DNA of 53,595 nt, filler included, from Jimgerdemannia flammicorona (lineage: Eukaryota): the NCBI GenBank assembly GCA_003990765.1. It is 3 parts of 3 records of this genome, joined end to end, with 100 filler letters (N's around TTAATTAATTAA, not from the genome) between each part and the next. Parts side by side here need not be neighbours in the genome. Positions count along the whole stretch, not along the records: positions 35,798 to 53,595 come from RBNJ01002403.1; 2 more parts are not named here. One strand, written 5' to 3'. The number at the start of each line of letters is the position of its first letter. The stretch's first letter is position 1. The notes under the pieces are model-generated. The model saw only the letters and a program-made list of their open reading frames with translations. It did not search any database and was not told the DNA's origin. Of the stretch, positions 47,821 to 53,595 are shown piece after piece. The position numbers and the translations under genes are program-made.

Positions 47821-49842
47821 ATAGTGACCAATGAGTATCTGGAGGTACGTACTGAGCAGGGTGGCCCTGGAGCATTTGAATGGCAGCAAGTGGAGAGAGG
47901 CCCTGGCTTGGGGGGAAGTATAAGGGGCCTGCTGGCAGGGGGCTGCAGTGGAGGGAGGGGCAGAGCTGGAGGTCAAGGGTCTGGCAGGGTGAGCTTTGCA
48001 GAGAAGGTGAAGGGGGGTCGGCAGGGAGCTGGACTGGAGAGCTGGTTGAGAGGGGGGAAGGTACCAGTGGCAGCTTCCAGGCAGCAACCTCTTGGGGGTA
48101 CCTCTCTAGCAGGCCATAGGAGTGGAGCTGGGGGGGTAGCGGCTGGGGCGGGGACTGCTGATGGGGGTGTAATGGGTGATCTGGAAAAAAATCTAGATGG
48201 GACTACTGATGGTGAGCTGAGCAGTGGGAAGGGCACGAGGCCCGGAGACCTGGTGGATGGTATAACAGGACTGGTGGTGGCTCCGTTACTCAAGAAGTCG
48301 ATCTCGGCATTCGCAGTCACACTGTGCTTCCAGAACTTAGTGGTGATGGCAAAAATGGTGTTGGGGCTTATCGCTAAGCAGGTGGTGGGAGCAGCTTCAG
48401 TGAAGTTTCTGAAGGGACTGGAGGGGGTGGAGATGGGATTTGAGGAGGTTGAACTGCTGGAGGAGGTGCTGAAGGTTGGGTTGGTGGTTGGGGAGGTGTG
48501 TATTCCGATAGTGAGATGTCTGAAATGGGATCCAAGGGTGGTCCAACTGCTGGTGAAGGGAGTACCCATGGTGATGATGATGGAGACAAGGAAGAGAGTG
48601 GAGGATGTCATGGCGGAGTACAGAGAGGTGGTGGATATCAGATTCAGGGTCTGGGAAGGGACCATGCTCAGGACTGGGGATGTGGATGTGAGGATTCGGC
48701 TAGCTGGGAAAGAGGCTACTAGGAAGATGAGGGACTGGCCTTCGGTGTTGGTCTGGGGAGCTTTCCTGTGCAAGGTGACGTAGGTGAAAGGAAGTGAAGA
48801 AGAGGAGAAAGATTTATTGGAAGTGCTGGAGGAGCTGGATGGGGCTGTAGAACAGTGAGCTAAGGCCTGGAAGGCTTTCAAGGAGTCAATGCTCCTGGAG
48901 GTAGTAGATGGAAAGAGGATTTGAGTGGACAAGGTGCAGTGGGAAAGGGCTCAGGGGCGGAAGAGGCAGAAGGATCTGCTGGCTAAGCTGGGGGGTAGAC
49001 ATGCAAGCATGAAGATGGGTGCAGAAGGGGCCGGAGCGAGTGTCTGGGCTGGTGAGAGGAGTGGGAATGATGGGGCAAAGTCAGGGAAGGCTAAGGAGGT
49101 GAAGATTAGTGACCTATATGCTGATGGCACCTTGGAGGTTTGGGATGAAGTCTGGGAGAATTCCCCCACCCCTTCCTCTCTTATTAGGCATGGCCTGGCT
49201 TCCAGAAACAAGTCTGGGGAGGACGTGATGATGCTGGGGACCCAGCAGGTGAAATTCAGTATTCCAGAGGTATTGGATGGGGACCGAATAGTGGCAGCAG
49301 GGGAGGAGGAACTGGTGGATGTCCCGGAGGTATGGGATGAGGATGCAAGTGCAGGAGCTGACACCACGATGCTGGATGGAGGGAGGCCGGCAACCCCTGG
49401 TGGAAAGGAGGTGGGGAACCTACTTTGGATGTGCCAGATGATGAATAACCTGGCGGCAGAAGAGCTGGGGGAGGTGGACTTGCGTGGGATGAGTGACGAG
49501 CACTGGATAAGAATTTTGCAGGGGAAAGGAGTGGTGATGGCGCTGAAGGTGGAAATTATCGCAGTGTATCTGGAGGAGGAAGGGTATGAGATGGATAAGA
49601 AGAGGGAGGCGGAGTTGGCAGTGGTCACTGGGGAGAAGGCTGAGTACTGTTGGAACAGGCATCATGGGTTGCAGCTTTGGCAGGAGGCTTGTATCGAGTA
49701 CCGAGAGGAGTTTGAGGAGAAGGCTGATGAGGAGATGAATGAGCTGTTGGCTGAACTGGAGGCTCAGAGGGCTGAAGAGGAGGAGGTGATGGCTGAACAT
49801 AATCTGGACATGGTGCAGGAGGAGAGGGGCATGGAGCAGTAG
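47821..49842 (+). pseudogene. LINE ORF1 (about 670 codons: Gly-rich N-terminus, RRM-like middle, acidic helical C-terminus), three in-frame stops
   Basis: ORFs 47824-48783 and 48925-49842 share one frame. RRM-like 'VEMGFEEVELL...VKGVP...YREVVDI...RTGDVDV' is conserved across copies. No CCHC knuckle seen. Confidence 0.85.
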
Positions 49843-49872
49843 GGATTGATTGGGAATAAACCATATTTTACT

Positions 49873-52800
49873 ATGAATAGTACAACCAACATTTTTTCTT
49901 TGAACGTGAATAGGCTAAGGGGTGCGGTTTGATGCAGGAATATTTTTATTTTGTTGAAGGGATTGGAGGCCAATCTCTTCCTCTTGCAGGATATCAGGTG
50001 TGAGGATGATGCTGATAGGATGGAATGGACTAGGAAATGGAGTGGTATGGCAACTTGGAACAGCAAGGTTGGGATTCTGGTTCAGAAAGGCAGAGGGGAG
50101 ATAAAGGATGTGAGGAGCTGGGGGGAGAGACTGGTCTGGGGTGAGTGGATTTGTACAGGTTGGGAGCCGGTCACCGTTGGCTCCTGTTACTGCCCTGCTG
50201 TGCAGAGAGAGCATGTGGATTGGGTGAAAGGGCTCCTGGAGAGTAGGATCCTTGCTGAAGCTGGGTTGGATATGCTTGGAGGAGATTTCAATATAGTTCG
50301 GGATGTATGGCTGGATAGAACTGATGGAGGATGGGGTGCAGAGAGCAGGAGTGGGGGGTTGGCAACATGGGAGGAGGTTGAATGGCTAGGAGCACTGGTG
50401 GATGCTGGTAGGGAGCACTGGGGGGACAGAAGGGTGTATACACATTGGGCTGGAGGTCTGGGGACAAGGATTGACTGGATTCTGACAGCCGACTGTTGGG
50501 GCTGCAATGTTTGGAAGATGTTAGAGGTAGAATGGTGTCCATGGTCAGATCACTGGGGCCTCTTGGGACAGGGGTGTTTTGGGAGAAGTAGGGATGGGCC
50601 TGGATATTGGCACCTAAATTCCTCCTTGTTGGATGATGAGGCCTGGTGAGAGGTATGGGCGAAAGACATTCAGCTGAAGGTGGTAAATTGGTGGCAGGAA
50701 GGGGCCGCGATTGGGGTTCAGTGGATGAGGATGAAAGAGATGGCCAGGATATATTGGAGCGAGGCTGGCAGAGTGGCTGGGAAGCAGCGAAGGCAGAAAG
50801 TGCATTGGGCTTCTACTAGATTGGCTAGGCTCCTGGAGGAGTGGGCGAGACTGGCAGCAGTGGAGGGAAAAGAGGATTGGAGAATGATGAGGGTGAAGAT
50901 GGAGGTTGGGGAACTGCAACAGGTGCTGCGGGAAGAGGAAGAGTCAAGGGTACAAGGCCTGGTGGCACAGCTTCATTGGCAGGGGCTGGAGAAAGGGGAG
51001 AGGCCTTCCAAGTTTCTCACAAGGACACTTCAAGCGAGAAGGGTATAGCAGCGGTGGGAAAGGGTACTTGGCTTGGATGATGTACTAGTGCATGGTGTAC
51101 AGGACATCCTTGGAACACTGAAGGCGCGATGGAGTGGATTGTGGAGTGAGGAGGAGGGTGGGGCGGATGCTACAGCCATTGACCAAATGTTAGAGGATTG
51201 GCACCCACCACAAGCTGAGAGACTAGGTGAACTGGTGATACCTGTAAGGGAGGAAGAGATCCACCAGATTCTTGCCGCGACAGCCTCAGGTACAGTGCCT
51301 GGGAAGAATGACCTCCCTTGGGACTTCTGGAAGCGAATGGTTGGAGTCCCAGGCATATTGGGGGAGTTGACAGCACTGTGTGACTTTATATTGCAGTCAG
51401 GGAGATGGGTGGGGGAGCAAGACCTTGGGCTGGTGACGCTGCTTTATAAGAACAAGGGAAGGCGAGAGGATTGGAAGAACTGGTGGCTGATAATGTTGCT
51501 AGATATGGACAGGAAGTTGGTGACTAAGGTGGTGGTTGTAAGGCTATAGAAGGTAGCCCAGCAAATTGTGGGTGTTGAGCAGAGGGGCTTCATAGGAGGT
51601 CAGCTTATTAGAGATGGTACAGCCTGAGTACATGGAGTTATTGAAGGTGCTCGAGCCTGTGGACTAGATGGGCATCTTGTCTTCTTGGATCAGGAGAAGG
51701 CTTATGACCAGGTACAGTGAGTCTGGCTGGTGAAAGTATTAGATAGAATTGGAGTTCCGGGCCCATTTTGGTCAGCAATGGTCAGCTTACTGGAAAGGAG
51801 TAGGGCTGTGCTCATGTGCAATGGGCATCGAGGGGTGGCTTTCTCTCTGGGTAGGGGAGTGCCCCAGGGGGACCCACTGTCCCCCATTTTGTATGCTCTT
51901 TCCTTGGAACCTCTGATGGATAGGATTCGGTGGAAGATCATGGGGCTCTCTATCTATGACATTGGCTGGAAGGTTGGGGCCTTTGCAGACAACATGGTGG
52001 TTGGTTTGGGAGTGACTGCAGACGTCAAGGAGCTCCAGAAGACAGTGGAGTGGTATGAGGAGAACTCTGGGGTGAAGCTGAATTGGCACAAGTGTGAAAC
52101 AATGGTGCTGGGCAATGGCTTGGTGGGCGGAGAAGTTATTGGAACAATTGTCCCCACCGGAGAGGCAGTATGGTACTTGGGCATCTATTTGTCGATCTAT
52201 GGGTCTGTTTTGCCCAGGCTGTGGTGGGAGCAGAGGATTGGAATTTGGGAGGAGGACCTGCAGGGTTGGGGGGGTCAACACTTCTCTCTGGCAGGAAGGA
52301 TCTCGATTTTGAATGTATACTGGTTGCCGAAGCTATGGTATTTGGTCTATCATCTGGACTTCCCAGCCTGGGTAGTGAAGAGATTGGTGAAGGTGGCCAA
52401 GGAATGGATGTGGGCTGGTGGACGGAGTCAGATTGGTTGGGAGACTTTGTCCCTACTGGTGGTGAGAGGTGGTCTTGGGCTAGTGGACTTCCCCAAACGA
52501 CTACACTGCTTGAGGGCTTGGTGGCTGAGGAGGGTGGTGGAGTTGCATGGAGGGGGCTGGGTCCCCTGCTGCAGAAGATATAGGAGAGGCAGACATCACC
52601 TAGAGGCTTGACTGGTGATCTTCTTTCATTGGTTGGGCTTCAGAACACTGCACAACTGAGATATAAAGGCTTCTGGTGGGAGATAGCCAAGGGGGCACAC
52701 CACATTGGTATTCGCTGGCAAGGGGATGAGGGGGAGAGGGCTTGGGACCTGGCGATGTGGAGATGGGATAGCATTCTTCTGGGAGGCATGCCTTTACTGG

Positions 52801-53528
52801 AGTTCAACATTAGTGATGGCATTGAATGTCAAAGGGGTCCAGGCCAGGATCTGTGGCCTAGTGGTTGGCAAGGAGTTGGAATTGGTGAGGAGTGGGACTG
52901 GCATGGGGTTTGGACCTGGAGTGCTGCGGTGAAGAATTAGATGCCGCCGAAGTACTGGGTAGTCTGGTGGCATATACTGAGGAGGAATGTGATGCTTAAC
53001 TTCCACTCAGGGCACCTTGTTGTAAGGGGCTGCTTTGACTGCAAGGAGTGCCATAATGTCGGACAGGAAGGGGGACTGGTACAGATGCCGGAACATTGGC
53101 TAGAGGAGTGTGAAGTGTTGGGAGACTTTTGGCAGACCATTGGGGACCACTTGGGAGTAAGGTGTAGGGGTGATGATGTATGGGGGAGGTGGGAGGACCT
53201 GAGGGATCGATTGATAGGAGGGGTTGGGAAAGAGTAGATTACTCTAGGCTGGGCATTGGCTATTTGGGTTGGGCTGGCTGGCCACTGACTATTTATATTT
53301 GAGGAGGAGAAGCAACTGAACTTGGGGAGCCAGTTAGCGAGGTGGCAGTTCCTTATGGAGGATACCTTAACAGGCTGGTGGCTTGGTTGGAGGCTACAGG
53401 GAGGTCGGAGACACCACTTGGTGGTAAAAATCTGTGGTCAGAGTGGTGGGAGAGTTGGAGTTGTTGGTGAGAGGGTGGTCTTTATAGGTGATGAGGTGGG
53501 GTGGGGCCACCCAATGGGGATTGGATAG
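49873..53528 (+). pseudogene. LINE ORF2 (APE-RT-Cys/His), disrupted by stops and a frameshift near 52600
   Basis: 'MNSTTNIFSLNVN', 'GGDFN', 'RIDWIL', 'WSDH', 'DQEKAYD', 'GVPQGDPLSPILY', 'GAFADNM', 'YLGI', 'CFDCKEC...PEHWLEEC'. Confidence 0.95.
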
Positions 53529-53595
53529 TGGGTGGTAATATTGTATACTTATTTATAGACTGGTAATAAAGACGGAGTCCAAGGGACTATAAAAA

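Larger units (their letters stand above)
47742..53595 (+). mobile_element. L1/Tx1-clade LINE copy 5, full length (about 5.85 kb); poly(A) begins at the window end
   Basis: 5' end CTTTCTC shared with copies 2 and 3. ORF1 and ORF2 present. AATAAA followed by ...GACTATAAAAA. Confidence 0.95.

Overview
Eukaryotic, most likely fungal (inferred from short GT-AG introns and the TE repertoire), repeat-rich region made almost entirely of nested, decayed transposons. Two 100-bp artificial N/TTAATTAATTAA spacers split it into three contigs. Contents: a Copia remnant; five L1/Tx1-clade LINE copies (two essentially full length, about 5.8 kb); two nested Ngaro (tyrosine-recombinase) retrotransposons with split direct repeats; several Gypsy remnants; an intron-containing hAT transposase and a matching palindromic MITE; and a spliced pseudogene that appears to encode a TET/JBP-like 2OG-Fe(II) dioxygenase. 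Nearly all coding sequence is broken by C:G to T:A transitions (CpG most, then CpA), like RIP or methylation-driven deamination. Main highlights: (1) the TET/JBP-like gene tail-to-tail with the hAT transposase; (2) a Gypsy element ordered Gag(CCHC)-dUTPase-protease-RT; (3) a conserved uncharacterised ORF at the env position, found four times; (4) one Ngaro integrated at the repeat junction of another. All protein calls come from manual translation and motif recognition. No database search was run.
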